Source of the DNA: Psilocybe cubensis
Taxonomy: Eukaryota
Assembly (NCBI GenBank): GCA_017499595.2
Contig: CM039001.1
Location: 1,798,001 to 1,862,000 of the forward strand
DNA: 64,000 bases
Direction of reading: 5' to 3'
Part shown: positions 13,809-26,982 of the stretch, piece after piece
Layout: every line of letters starts with the position of its first letter
How positions within the stretch are numbered: position 1 is the stretch's first letter
Made by a program: the position numbers and the translations under genes
The notes under the pieces: model-generated
The model's database searches: none
What the model saw: the letters and a program-made list of their open reading frames with translations, nothing else
Told to the model about the DNA's origin: nothing

Positions 13809-15956
13809 ATGGCTGCCTCGAGAAACACCATTCTGCGTCTCATCAATGCTTCCCAGTCCTCCGTCTGTCCCTGCCATGGCTGTCGTCCTGCAGTCACTCC
13901 AGCCAGCCAGCTCCAGTCCATCAATCAGCTGAGGAGCTTCGCCACCCCTGTCCAGGCCGTGGAGAAGGAGTACGCATTCGAGGTATCGTCTGCTAGACTC
14001 TTTGGCATGCGTGCATATACTCAATCTCTCCTCATAGGTCGCTGCATCTAATCTGCGCTTCGGTGACGGGGTTACTGCTGAAGTCGGCATGGATCTCAAG
14101 AACATGAACGCACGCAAGGTACATCCTTTATTCGCACTTGTTCTGCTTTACTCTCCGTCATTTGACGCGTTTCATACAAAGGTTGCAGTCTTCACAGACC
14201 CTAATGTAGCAAAGCTTAGGCCCATGCAAACGGTATGTTCCGATTTTCGTTTCTCCCCTCATCCATAACTAACATCCGTGCGTCAGGCTATCGCTGCTCT
14301 TGAAGCGCAATCGAACCTCCCTTTCGAGGTTTATGATAAAGTGGTTGCAGAGCCAACTGAAGACAGTTGGCGCAATGCCATTGACTGGGCCCGCCAGCAT
14401 GATTTCAGTCACTTCTTAGCGTAGGTTTGGCTGTTATACCGTCGTATCCCCCAATGAACCTCCGTATTAGTGTTGGAGGAGGGAGCGTAATCGACACTGC
14501 CAAGGCGGCCAATTTGTAAGAACTTACTGTTTTCTACTTTCCTTGCCGTAGCAGGCTGATAGGTAGTGCAGATTCTCCGTCTACAAGGACGCCGATTTAA
14601 TGGACTTTATCAATGCTCCTGTTGGGAAAGGACTTCCAATTGCAAAGTCGTTATTGCCACTCATCGCGGTTCCTACCACCGCGGGTACTGGTTCGGAGAC
14701 AACAGGCACCGCTATTCTCGATATCACTTCCCGGTCATTCAAGACTGGTATCGCCAACCGGGCAATGAAACCGGTTCTCGGTATTGTGGCAAGTCCCTTT
14801 AGCCTTCTGTTGATTAAATTAGACATTGAGAAATGCAATAGGATACACTCAACACTGAATCTTGTCCAACAGCTGTCCATATAAGTGCGGGCCTTGACGT
14901 CCTGTTCCATAGTATGGAAAGTTACACCGCAATTCCGTATGTGCTTGAACCCTTTTTGAGCACTCCTCAGTGCAATGAACTAACGCCAAATGCCCAGGTA
15001 TACTGAACGTACACCACGCCCCTCAAATCCCATCCTGCGTCCTGCATATCAAGGAAGTAACCCTGTCGCCGATATTTTCTCTCTCTGGGCACTTCAGACG
15101 ACAGTCAAATACCTACCCCGCATAGCGAAAAATAGAGACGATAGCGAGGCTCGCAAACAAATGTTGTGGGTTTCATTGCCTTTTCCTTTTTTTGCTGCCC
15201 ATTAACAAACCACTGGCAAGGCTTGCATCCTCCTTTGCTGGAATAGGCTTCGGTAATGCTGGAGTGCACCTATGCCATGGAATGAGCTATCCAGTATGTC
15301 AAATCAAAATACCATCTCGATTAGATCAATATAGTGTTTTGCGTAGATTTCAGGACTCAACAAAAAAGGGCCGAAGTATAAACACGCAGGATACATCACC
15401 GATCTTCCTATAATTCCTCATGGAATCAGGTAAAATCCCACAATACCGACGCTTCCAAAACAGAGACTCACTTCAACGTGTTTACAGTGTCGCTCTGACT
15501 GGACCTGCTGGTAAGAAGCTATCTTGAAGTTATGACCGTCTCCCATTCACCTTCACTCCCCCCCTACAAGTTTTCCAGTTCACTGCTCCTTCTTCGCCTG
15601 ACAGACACCGTCGCGCGCTCGCCATCTTTAATGGTACAACTGAATCAGACCCTTCCATTACAAAAATTGCCGACTCGGAGCTTGGCCCTCATCTGTATGA
15701 ATCCATTGCTCGTTTCTTGGATGGCCTCGGAGTCCCACGTGGATTAAAGGCAGTTGGGTTAGTCTTGAACCTTCTGTTGCTGCAGTATCTTCGCTGAATT
15801 TGACCTAGCTACAAAGCGAGTGACGTCGAAAAGTTGGTGCAAGGTACCTTACCTCAAAGACGAGTGCTCGATCTAGCACCTGGAATCGGTGATATTATCG
15901 GTTCCGACGGAAAAGAACATTTGACCAAGATCATGGAGAATTCGTTAGAATATTAA
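13809..15956 (+). CDS. Hydroxyacid-oxoacid transhydrogenase (Fe-ADH family, ADHFE1-like)
   Basis: CPCHGC N-terminus, [47 protein letters not shown]. Confidence 0.92.
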
Positions 15957-16029
15957 ACTTTCTTGATTTCTATTCAATGTCAATTGTTTGCGATCTATGC
16001 CAAACAAACCGTTTTGTATCATATCAGTG

Positions 16030-17275
16030 CTATGAATATGCTATCTTGTTTTTGGCTTTTCGGATGGCATTTTCTTTGACGAGGTCATCAAATTTAACTT
16101 GCGTCCCACCAAACATGTCAAGCGCACTGTAATCATCTTTAACTTTAAGTCGCATCAGACAATACTGCCACGCACCTTCCGTATGTCAGATCGACGCGTC
16201 CCTGCGATAGCCTGTCGACAAGAGCGAGGTCGGAGATATCTAATCGAAGTTAGATTTTTCTGGAGCCTTGTAATGCACTTCGAGATACCTTTGGCGCCCC
16301 CCGCGTATGTAGTTGGGATTGTTACCCATTCACCCAGCTCTGGACAGATAAGACAGGGTTGTTATTTATCCAAGGTGAAGCACTTCACTTTTCACCAAGT
16401 CTTCATCGATGCCTTGACATAGTCCTTCAACATCAGCGGCATGGATAAGGAATTCGCTACAATATTCGGACAACATGTCCAATGATTCTTTACGCAAGCA
16501 GTAAGTTATGGGCAAGATGAATGGAGAGGAAGGTGATACACCTTTCGACACGCTCATATCCGTTATATCTTGCCACTTGTTCATCGCGACAAGCCATTTA
16601 TCTCCTCGCCTTCGGCAGCTAATAGGTGGAGATAGGTCATTGAACTTTACGACGGACCAGTGATGAGATGAATTCCTGACCTGACATCGACTACCAGTCT
16701 TTCTTTTCCAACTTCCGACGACACAGCTTGTAACCGCTGAAGGGAAAATTTACCATCAGGGAATAGGTAGGAGGTAACTATTACCTTATTCCATTCTGTA
16801 AGATAAGCGTCCAGATTCGTAAAGAAACAGTTAATTCACTTTGCTAGCACCGGCGTCGATCCAGGATTTCGCATTTTTGTCATTTATCCCCCCTCCGATC
16901 TGTAGACCACCTGAGCGTCGTCAATTATCATAAGGCAGCGACAACGTTATTGGCCACTGAACCTGGCCATGTTGACAATGCATCTCTGGCGGCCTCATCG
17001 TTTCCAGGCCCTAGTTTGATAACGTGTCCACCCTGAAGATCGTGTTTCTTGTATAGATTCGCGAATTCCCCAGCACTTTGCCTGGTAGTAATTGTTGCAT
17101 GACGGTTGATCGGTCAATAGAATGGTGGTTTCTCAAAGATCGAGGAGCACCTTGCAATAAAATTTGTCCTTAGCGCATCAGGGGACTTGTCTGAAAGTGT
17201 TCCTCCAACGATTTGTTTGACTTGGCCATTATGAAGGTCAATACATGGTCTGAACAAACTACGAGGTGAAGTCAT
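16030..17275 (-). CDS. HIS6: ProFAR isomerase (histidine biosynthesis)
   Basis: [52 protein letters not shown]. Confidence 0.95.
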
Positions 17276-17604
17276 GGTCTGGGTCAACCGGAAAGATAAG
17301 ATCACCAGAAAAGTATCGAATATGAGATAAGATAAGATAATACAAGATCGTGGCGTGGGATCAACTTTACAGTTTATAAAATTAAGGTTCAGGACGCAGA
17401 TGTGGAAGTGGGAATTTGGTCACCGTACAGCACGACGCTCCTCAAGGTGAGTAATTTATGATTGTATGCTGTTTGAACCATCGCCACCTCAGGGACTGTT
17501 CGGACATGATGGAGGGGAGATAGTGAACTTGTTCGCCCTGCGGGACTCGGTGGTCGAGACGGAACATATGCTAAATTACATGTCAAATTACAGATCCCTC
17601 TAAA

Positions 17605-18143
17605 ATGGCAAAAGTCAAGGCCTACGAACTCCAATCCAAGTGCGTGGCGATATAGATGCTGGATGAAAACATATTGAACGACGCGATTTTTAGGTCCAAG
17701 AATGACTTGTCGAAGCAACTTCTTGAGCTGAAGAATGAGCTCCTCACTCTGCGAGTGCAGAAGATTGCCGGTGGATCAGCGTCAAAATTGACCAAAATGT
17801 GAATGCTTTGCTCTTGGGTTAGGAATGGAACACTAATATCTCTTAATCCTGTTCAGTTCTGCCGTCCGCAAGTCTATCGCTCGCGTCTTGACTGTCATGA
17901 ACCAGAAGGCCCGCCAAAACCTCCGGGAATATTACAAGGGCAAGAAATTCCTTCCTCTGGACCTGCGAACGAAGAAGACAAGGGCCATCAGGCGGCGGTT
18001 GACCAAGGTGCGTCCGTAGCATGTCTTTCTGTGACATTCGATCTTAACGGTGAACATGATAGCACGAGGCGTCGCTGAAGACCTTGAAGCAGGCCAAGAA
18101 GGACGCCAACTTCCCTATCAGGAAGTACGCTGTCAAGGCCTAA
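17605..18143 (+). CDS. RPL35: 60S ribosomal protein L35 (uL29), with an apparent 5'UTR intron (~17446-17593)
   Basis: Spliced [35 protein letters not shown]...[19 protein letters not shown]...RKYAVKA*. Confidence 0.95.
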
Positions 18144-18831
18144 GCATCGGAGGAGCTGAGGGGTGTTGGACGGCGTCAATTATGGGATATGCATATGCTG
18201 TAACTACGTTTGTCCGTCTATTTTTTTTCTCATTATGCGCAAGCACCATCTCGATGCCACATGACCGAAGAAACTGAGTGATGCGCGGCGAAGCGGATTA
18301 TGTAATCGCATACGGCGACTTTCTGGGCGAGACGGGACAGTGAAGGCAGTGAGACTTTGAAGACGGATATCGACCTCTCTGCGCCTGTAGCCCCATTTCG
18401 ACGCTGTGGACCTGTTTTGTAGTTCAAGTCTTTAATTTGCAAATTGCGATCTTTGACCAAGTGTGCGCCTGAGTAGCTACTGGGCTGGAAACCATCATAT
18501 TATTAGAGACCCTGATCAATTACTGGTTCTTCTGGCGTTTCGCACCCTCATCCTCCCACCACCACCACCAACCACCACAGCCCGCAGGCGTGCTCTTGTC
18601 TGGGACGACAGGTCGTATCTGCTTTTGAACTGAATAACTGGCACAACGCTGACAATATCTCTAATGGTGAGTTTCCATCTGTTGATGAGATGAGTCTGTC
18701 AATCAGTCAAGGGTGTTGTTGTAATGACAATCTGCACGTGGATGTACATACGTCTTTTCTGGGATATTCCCCACCCATGAGGTCAGAGGGATGTGCGGAT
18801 AGTACCAGCCTTCCTTTCTCTCCCTCTCACC

Positions 18832-21173
18832 ATGTCTCCAAGCCAGATCTTCAGGAGACAGTCCCAGTCTGACGACCTTGGTTCACAGCAGAAGGCTCCT
18901 CGTTCATCGCCCCCTTCTCCCAAGGCAGAGCTTAAGTCCCGGCCCCGCGAGCCACATCCCATTCCCAGTAACAATCCGGCTAGCCAATATACCCTTCTCG
19001 AGAAATTAGGCACCGGGAGCTTTGGGACTGTTTACAAGGCCATACACAACGATACCAAGCAGATTGTTGCAGTCAAACAGATTGGTATGACTCCCGATTG
19101 TCCTTTATCTTCAGGTAATCTCAATCTCATCTGCTTTGTGCAGACCTCGAAGATTCCGACGACGATATATCAGAAATCCAGCAGGAGATTGCGAGTCTTG
19201 CACAATGCGATTCGGAATACGTCACACGGTACTATGGATCCTTTGTCGTGAATTATAAGCTATGGATCATTATGGAGTACTTGGCTGGAGGGTCTTGTTT
19301 GGATCTGCTCAAACCAGGCGTTTTCTCGGAAGCTCATATTGCCGTGGTCTGTCGCGAGCTTCTTTTGGGCCTGGATTACCTCCATACCGAGGGAACTATA
19401 CATCGAGATATCAAGGCGGCAAACGTTCTTCTTTCTTCCTCTGGCAAAGTCAAGCTAGCTGATTTCGGCGTGGCTGCTCAACTTACCAATACTCTTCGCC
19501 ATACATTCGTGGGAACACCATTCTGGATGGCCCCCGAAGTAATCAGACAGGCAGGCTACGATGCCAAAGCAGACATGTGGAGTTTGGGGATTACCGCCAT
19601 CGAAATGGCGAAGGGGGAACCTCCTCTTGCCGAATACCATCCCATGCGTGTGTTATTTTTGATACCCAAGGCTAAACCCCCAGTTTTGGAGGGCCCGTTT
19701 TCTGCAACTTTCAAAGATTTTGTTGCCCAGTGTCTGACCAAGGATCCCAAACTAGTAAGTCACATTCGTATCTATGGCAATCTTTCCTTACGCCTGGACT
19801 TCAACTTCTAGCGTCCCAGCGCCAATGAATTGCTTCAGCATCGCTTTATCCGAACAGCCAAAAAAACTTCATATTTGACTGAACTTATCGAGCGTTATCA
19901 GGATTTCCGTGCACGTTCCCCAGCCAAAAATCAAGTCAATCACACTTCGTTCAGAGCCAACCCAACCTGGAATGCCAACGATACCATGAGGAGTGACTGG
20001 AATTTTGATACAGTCAAGACAATGTCGGCTCTTGGCACGTTTCGTGGTACAATTAATGACTTGTCCATGCCCCCAGGAATGGTGGCTGAAGATGACGATG
20101 AGTCTCTTTACGACGCCGATGGTCAAGAATCGATTGATACTGGTGCCGCAACTAAAGGCAGCGACCCTGTGATATCGAATTCTCTGGGTATGAACCCTGA
20201 CGCTGCACATTCGACAGTCATAATCAAGACCCCTCTGTCACAAGAAGTCCCTCAGACTGAAGAAGGGCCACCAGGTATAGCAAACTCTGCTCCTCAGTCT
20301 CGTTCTATCAATTGATGCAATCCTTAGGTGCACCCCCTGCATATACCGGTTCTGTACGGTCGACCCGTCGTGCTTCCTACGCAGCTCGTACTTCCCTTGA
20401 TGGTGCAGGGACTGTTTTAAGTGCCGCTGATTTGGGAACCGGAGTTGACACAATACGACCTGTCAAAAAGGTAGATGGCCTGGGATCCCTACGTTTGTCA
20501 TCAGAATTTGTTGGGAATATGCGGAAAGATGGAAGTAATTCTTCACCACGCTCTCCAACTATTCCTTCGCATAAGCGAAACGCAAGCGAGGTTGCTAATG
20601 CAGGTCGGTCTCTAATTGATGAGGTTGTTCTCCCTATCTTGAGCCAAGTAGGCAGCTTTCGTTAAAATAATTATGTGCTTATAACTAACTCTCTTTTGCA
20701 TAGAAAATCCACGATGACATGGATGCGAGAGAGATCGAATCTCTCAGCATGCTGCAAAGAGGATTTGCTGAACTTAAGGATGCCAACCCCGAGCTCGCAT
20801 ATAATGTTATTATCGACATTTTGCAGGGAATCAATGAGTACGCAGTGGTCATTTTTTTGTCGTCTCCGTGCTTATATTCGATGTCAGAAATTCTGCAATC
20901 AAGCAGCATGTGCAAACCTCACGGGGACTGTTCCCCCACAAACGAATTATTCGTAAGAGCGAGATGACAGCGAAGGGGCTTGTAGTGACGGAGGAAACAG
21001 AAGAAATTTCTGGTCTTCCCTCAACGTCAAGTCCCACTGCGTCTGTCTCTCAGTCAACATCAACGAGTATACTTCCAGATTCACCGTCAAGAAAGTCGCC
21101 TATTGCAGAACTGCTCTATATGCGTTGGCTCGAAGGCTTGAAACTCAAGTGGCCAAACATCCTTTCTTCCTAA
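18832..21173 (+). CDS. STE20/GCK-family (Sid1/MST-like) Ser/Thr kinase
   Basis: [49 protein letters not shown]-terminal [11 protein letters not shown]. Confidence 0.92.
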
Positions 21174-21861
21174 ATTATTGCCTTATCATATCTTATATTT
21201 CGACATTGTTTTCATCTTTTACCTACAAACCCCAACCTCCACCAAGATTCATCTAATGGCGTGTATATAGTAATTGATTGGTGACCAGTTCAGCTATCCT
21301 GCCTTCCACCTGCCCTTTCTCATAGTCATGAACCCACAAAACATGTTACATCTTATACCATTTGTGTTTTATACGTAACTAACGATTTTTATGACCCCCC
21401 CAAAGCAATGATCATTCTTATTAGCTTTCTTGGTTTTTTATCGTTTTGCAAAGACATTGGCATGGCACAATATGCAGCTGGCAGTGTTATTGGTTAGTTT
21501 CCGGTCAAAGAAATGTCGACTAAGAATATTGAGGGCAAAAACACAATGTTCCAGTATTTTCAATGGATTTGAATGAGTGGTTTCCTGAGCGATAATCGTG
21601 GGTGGGCTTGTTCAACTTCATTTCGAAATCTACAAAACAGGTCCGTAACGACATGAGCGACAATTACTATCTCTAATATAATCTTGAATGGGCATTAAAA
21701 AATAAAAATACTACGTGTTTAAATTTGCGTACAATTGAAGCGTCCGAATTAAGTCCAAGGTAGCCAATATAACGGGAATTTAATGCTCGAGGTACGGTGA
21801 TAATGGGCTTTAGCAAAGAGGTGGGTGGAGTAGTATGCATAATAGAGTCCATGCAAGACCT

Positions 21862-23517
21862 TCATAAACTGAACCCTAAAGCCCCGATTGCGCAGAATGT
21901 CCAAAGATAGATGTACACGGGGAGATACAGAGGGAAAGTTCTGAGGGCAGTTGAACTCTTCGTGACATCAGCAGTGTTGGCAGATATGGCGGAAGGACTG
22001 GGTGTGATGGCACTACTTGTTACCAAGTCCGTAGCTGAGGGAGATGGGGTAAGCTCCGTAGAGGTGTAAGGTTCTACATCCAAAACAATTCCATCAGGAT
22101 GCAGGTTATGAGCTCCCGAACTTGAAGAATCTTGATAGGGGCGCCCGTCTTCTAATGCCTTGGCAAGAGAGGAAAACCGCCATCCATTCGCTCCAATTTC
22201 TGGGAAAGATTTGATGAACGCATAAACCATCATGTCAGTCAATTCGTGCGAAAGGACCATGAGACCGGGGCTTTTGGGGGCTGGGGCAAAGATAATGACA
22301 ATGGAGACATGATGAGCAACAAGTTACAGCGAGATGAAATGGACATACCAGCTAAGAATTGCGACATGGAAGAGCCTATCTCTTGCGGTGTTGCGATCCA
22401 GTCGTCGGTGCTAAAGTGCGGCAATTAACCGTTAATAATTTTAAGATTAAAGGTGAAATTCGACTTACTCGTAATTCCAGATTACGGTACGCAGGCCAAA
22501 CACCTGTGAAGATGATAAGAGAGACCTCTTTAAAAAGAGTGTTGAACGTTATACCTCTCTGGCAATGGCGGTCACCCTCCTATCGGAGTCACCATAAGGA
22601 GGCCTCCAAAACTTCGCAAGCCTACCTCCTGTCGAGTTGTATATCAGTTGCATAGTCCAGCCAAGCTACGAAGAGAGATTAAAAGATAGGTCAAGGTTAC
22701 ATGGAGGAGAAGGGGACGCACTTGTCCCAAAATTTGGTAATTATCGAGAGTGGTCATATAAGGGTGTGTCCAAGTGTGAATTGCAAGATCATGGCCTGCG
22801 TCGATCATGGCCTGGAGCTGAGTAGGCTGATAGAGCATCTTGATACCAATCATGAAATGCGTCGTCGTTTGGTTCACTGAACTCAAAAAATCAACAAGAA
22901 GTGGTGTCGACTATATTAAATAAAAAGTCTGAATATTTAATTATTTTTGGAAGAAAATGCATATGAGACTAACGGGTGTTGGGCCATCATCGAAAGAACT
23001 CCCAAAAACGCCATTAGGAGAGTCCCAAAAGTCACCAGGGATTCGGCATTTATATGTCGACGAGCATATCTCTGGGCTAGATGGATTTATGCCATAAGGA
23101 TAAACAGGGCTGGAACCCTGGTAGTTGGTCGTTTGAGGAATATCCGGAATCTTCCCAGCCGCAATAGCTTCTTCGAGAGCGCGAACCCATTCTACTGGAA
23201 GTAAAGCTGGGTCTGGTGGGCCAGGTGGATATCCAGATGCCCAGGCTGATATGATTCAATGTAAAAGTGAGCAATAGGCTTAAAATCACGCAGAGAAACA
23301 TACCTGGAGTGCCTATGCTAGGAAATTCAATGTCTTCTCCAGGTGCCCGTTTGAATAACGCGTGAACAGGATGATCATCATCATGAAACCAGTCATTTGA
23401 AAGAGAGTTGAACGGTAGATGGATATTGTTCATTTCTCCATCCGCGCTACGGGTTGGAACTGCTGCAACATAGTATATTATGAAGGGTAAAAGGTAGAAT
23501 GCATTGAGGTTGAACAT
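21862..23517 (-). CDS. Chitin deacetylase (CE4), secreted, probably GPI-anchored
   Basis: Signal peptide; [30 protein letters not shown]; Ser/Thr-rich tail and hydrophobic C-terminus. Confidence 0.92.
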
Positions 23518-24431
23518 ATTGATCCGTTGACGGAGCGGCGAAGCCCGTTTGGAGTTGAGAGTTAAGACCAACTCTCAAGCAGAAAATGAGGATGCGAGCA
23601 CAGGAGGTTATAGGGTAGGTTGGAGGCAGGACAAATGGGTGATTATAACCACCAAGTGGTGTAATTTATATCTAATCCGCATGAAGCGAAATCTGGGTGA
23701 TCGTATAGAGCGCCAGTGCACTTAAGTAGAACGTTCTCAGTAGGTAGTTGGCACCGCAAAGCATTCAGTCGTCGACAATCGTTCACTGCCGAAAGTCGTG
23801 TTCGAGACTCCGCAGTTGCATGCGGCAGAAACCACAAGAACTTGTTGAAGTTCGAAGTAGGTATTATCAGATGTTTCCCATTCGGCATCGAGACCAGTTA
23901 CGCAAGATAACCTTTGGTGAGTTTAAAGGGCAACGCGAATACGAGCTAGTTGGGGTATGATGTTTCGAGTAGATGAGCCTGTAGTACCAAGTGATGTTCC
24001 TCACAAGTTCCTCATAACCAACTGCTGGCTTGCCTAATCCGGAGGTTACCGTCGGAGATCTAACGAAACAACTCGGCAAAACTCGGCATCAGAGAACAAG
24101 GAGACTTCGACTACTTCAGTAAACCTTTGTTTGGATATGTATTTTAATAAGCAGAGGGGCCTGTGGTCCAACAGCGCAAATGACTGTCTGTGGGCCTATG
24201 CGGCTTACTGAACGCACTGCCTATATGAGTGTTGAGAAAACTTGACTCAGAAACTTTGCAATACATATTGTACAGTGGACATCTTATAATCTGTATAAAA
24301 CAGAAAGGTCGCTATCGTTGACCCCAATTGTTCTGTAACTATAGACGTAAAATACGCGTTTCAGATGAAAGTAAGTAGGTCGTGGAACGATGTGTAGTCT
24401 TAGTCTTAAGACAGGTTCATAAAGATCATCC

Positions 24432-26568
24432 TCAACTAGCAGGCGGTGAAGGTGCTGATGACCCTGCTCGTTTTAAAGACAATATACCACCCTTTAGTGA
24501 GGCATGCTTTCGAACCATGGCCGAAAATTCGTCTTTTTTCTCCCTGTCGGTAAGGTAAGGCGTGAAATGATGAATGCAATCCCTAGTAGTTGCATTTGTA
24601 GTGCTCTTTAACCACGCAAGGAGCATTGATTCAAGCTCTGCCGGGGAAACAGTGATTGGAGAAACAGCGGGTGCGGGCTTGCGCTTTTTTGGTTTACTAG
24701 GCACTCCGCCATTTACTGGATTGTTGGTGGCAGGTTTCTCTGGCGATTCATCGGCTTTTCGTTTCATTCCCGTCTTTTGGTCATTGGACATATCAGCAAC
24801 AGGGCTCGTTGCCCTGCTGCCTCCAAGTGGTGATTGACCTCCAAGAGGGCTATTTCCCCTACTAATATTCGCCTTCGGTTTCGGTACTTTGGGACTTGTC
24901 GCACGCTTGGCAACCACAGAGTGTCCACCATGTCCTGGAGAAACAGTAGGAGAAGCTGCCCGAGAACCCGGCGCAGGTGTACCGCCATTAACCACAGGGC
25001 GAGCAGTTGGCTTCGGTGTCTGTGACCTCGATTCCAACTGTTGTTGTTGTTGTTGTTCTTGTATGGCTGCGGTGGCTGTTCCGACGACCTCCTCCTCTTC
25101 TTCTTCCTCTTCTTCGCCCTAGATATCGGTCAGCAAGATGTAAAGATCTGCAGTTATATGGGGACAACTAACGGAGAAGTAAGGGTTCTGCTCATCTTCT
25201 GAGTCATAGGCATCATTGCCTTCCTGTTTTCTTATTAACTTCTGCATGGCTTTCTGTTGTTTAGTCGGGCCAGTTTCTTCGTCGTCATCGGATTCGTCCA
25301 CGCCTGCCTCGCGTGTTTTATTTGCGTTCTTATATTCCTTCTTGAGCCGTTCCTACAAATATGATTGATGAATGTTTCCAGAGAAATGAGATAAGAAATA
25401 GTAGACTAACCTCTAATTCTTTAGCCTCTTCATCGTCTTCGTCGACTTCCATCTTTTCATCGTCATCAGCAAAGTCCTCCTCAAAAACTTGCTCATCTAA
25501 ATCTCCATCTTCGCCTAGTTCCCTTTTTCTGCGTCTTTGACTACCGTCACCGTCTTCACCGTCATCGAAGAGATGATCCATTCCACTATCCACCACCTTG
25601 AGCTTGCGACCTCCTGGACCTAAACTCTGGCTGCCTGACCCTCCTCCACCCCCGCTTTCAGCTTTGAACATTGCAGCTGTAGCGGTAGATACAGCTTTAC
25701 CCTTGCGCGAAGCTAGCCATTGTTGAGGATCGCGTTTCTGATTTTGATTGTACTGCTCGGAAAAAGTAAATCAATGAGATGGAATTTGAAAATGACCTCG
25801 TATTACCAATGATTCCACATTTACGAGGTCGGTAGGCAAATCGTGTTTGAGGCGTTTTTGGAATTTGTACCATCGGTGAGTTGGAACAAACTTGAAGTTC
25901 TGATTTGCCGCTGGCATAAAGAGTGCGTGTGTCTCTGCTTTAGTGGCGTCGTCCATTTGACCTGTCCACACCTCGTTCTGGGTGGGAGAAGAATCCTCCA
26001 ATACCCATGGATATCTTTCCTCCCTCCTCAGCTGACGGACTTCATCTGGGACAAAGAACACCTGTCGAGTCTTCCTTTGAAATCGTTTCTTGGCTCCTCC
26101 AGCTTTGCCCTTGTCTTTTGATCCACCGGCAGCACCTGAGGGATGGATAGGGCGCCCTTCAGCATCCACCATAACCATCTTTCCATCTACTCCAATGACA
26201 GGCTTTCCGTCCGCACCAAGCATAGGTCCCACTGCCTCAGGAGGAGCATTCGCGCTACCTTCGTCCCGCCGCAAGTCTTTTCTATTCAACTTGACGGGTG
26301 GAGTCCATTTGTGAATGTCCACGGGGCGACGAGAATCAAATTTCATGATATCATATCTCCATCCATTGAGAGCTGAGGACAACAGTTTAAATTCCATAAA
26401 TGGCGCCTCGGGAAGTTTGAGGCCCTCATCTTCATCGTCCTCAACTTTGGGCACAGGTTTTGCCTTGTTTAAATTTGAGGGTCCTGGCTTTGGAGAAGCT
26501 ACTTGTGTTTCCTTCCTTGGTGTTTTCTTTGGATGAAAGAGCAAAGCCATGGATGCCTTCGGTGCCAT
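24432..26568 (-). CDS. TFG1: TFIIF large subunit (Tfg1/RAP74)
   Basis: PPVKLNRKD, KKRFQRKTRQVF, RREERYPWVLED, FKFVPTHRWYKFQKR, acidic EEDFADDDE region. Confidence 0.85.
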
Positions 26569-26982
26569 CTTTGGAATTGGAACGTGTAATGTCGTTATAA
26601 CGATAAGAAGAGAACAATTTATACAAAACGCTAAGGGTTGGGTGATATCAAAGGTTAGATATCATGCAGTAGAATGAGAAAGTTGCCACTGGTCAATGAA
26701 GAGGGATATACGAAGTAGCGATGAAGAGAAAGTGAAGAGCAACTGAGCCGCCACGGTTTCGTTGCAAGGGCCACTGGTGACTGTATATTACGTAATTGAC
26801 AAACCATCCTTGTCGGTCCGAGTGACTTCAAAGCGAAGTCAAGTTCGGGCTTCTTGTGCATTTTGACTCATCTCCATTGGCATTCGAGGTTGTCGATGTA
26901 CTGGAAACCTTGATCTCTCCGTTCCTTGTTGCAAATCAATATACTGCAACTTATTCCATGCTGCATCTGCCTCGATATTAGC

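Noticed and set aside
17446-17593. Intronic snoRNA in the RPL35 5'UTR intron
   Set aside because: No canonical C/D or H/ACA box arrangement visible.
25036-25058. (TGT)n microsatellite
   Set aside because: Ordinary short poly-Gln tract in TFG1.
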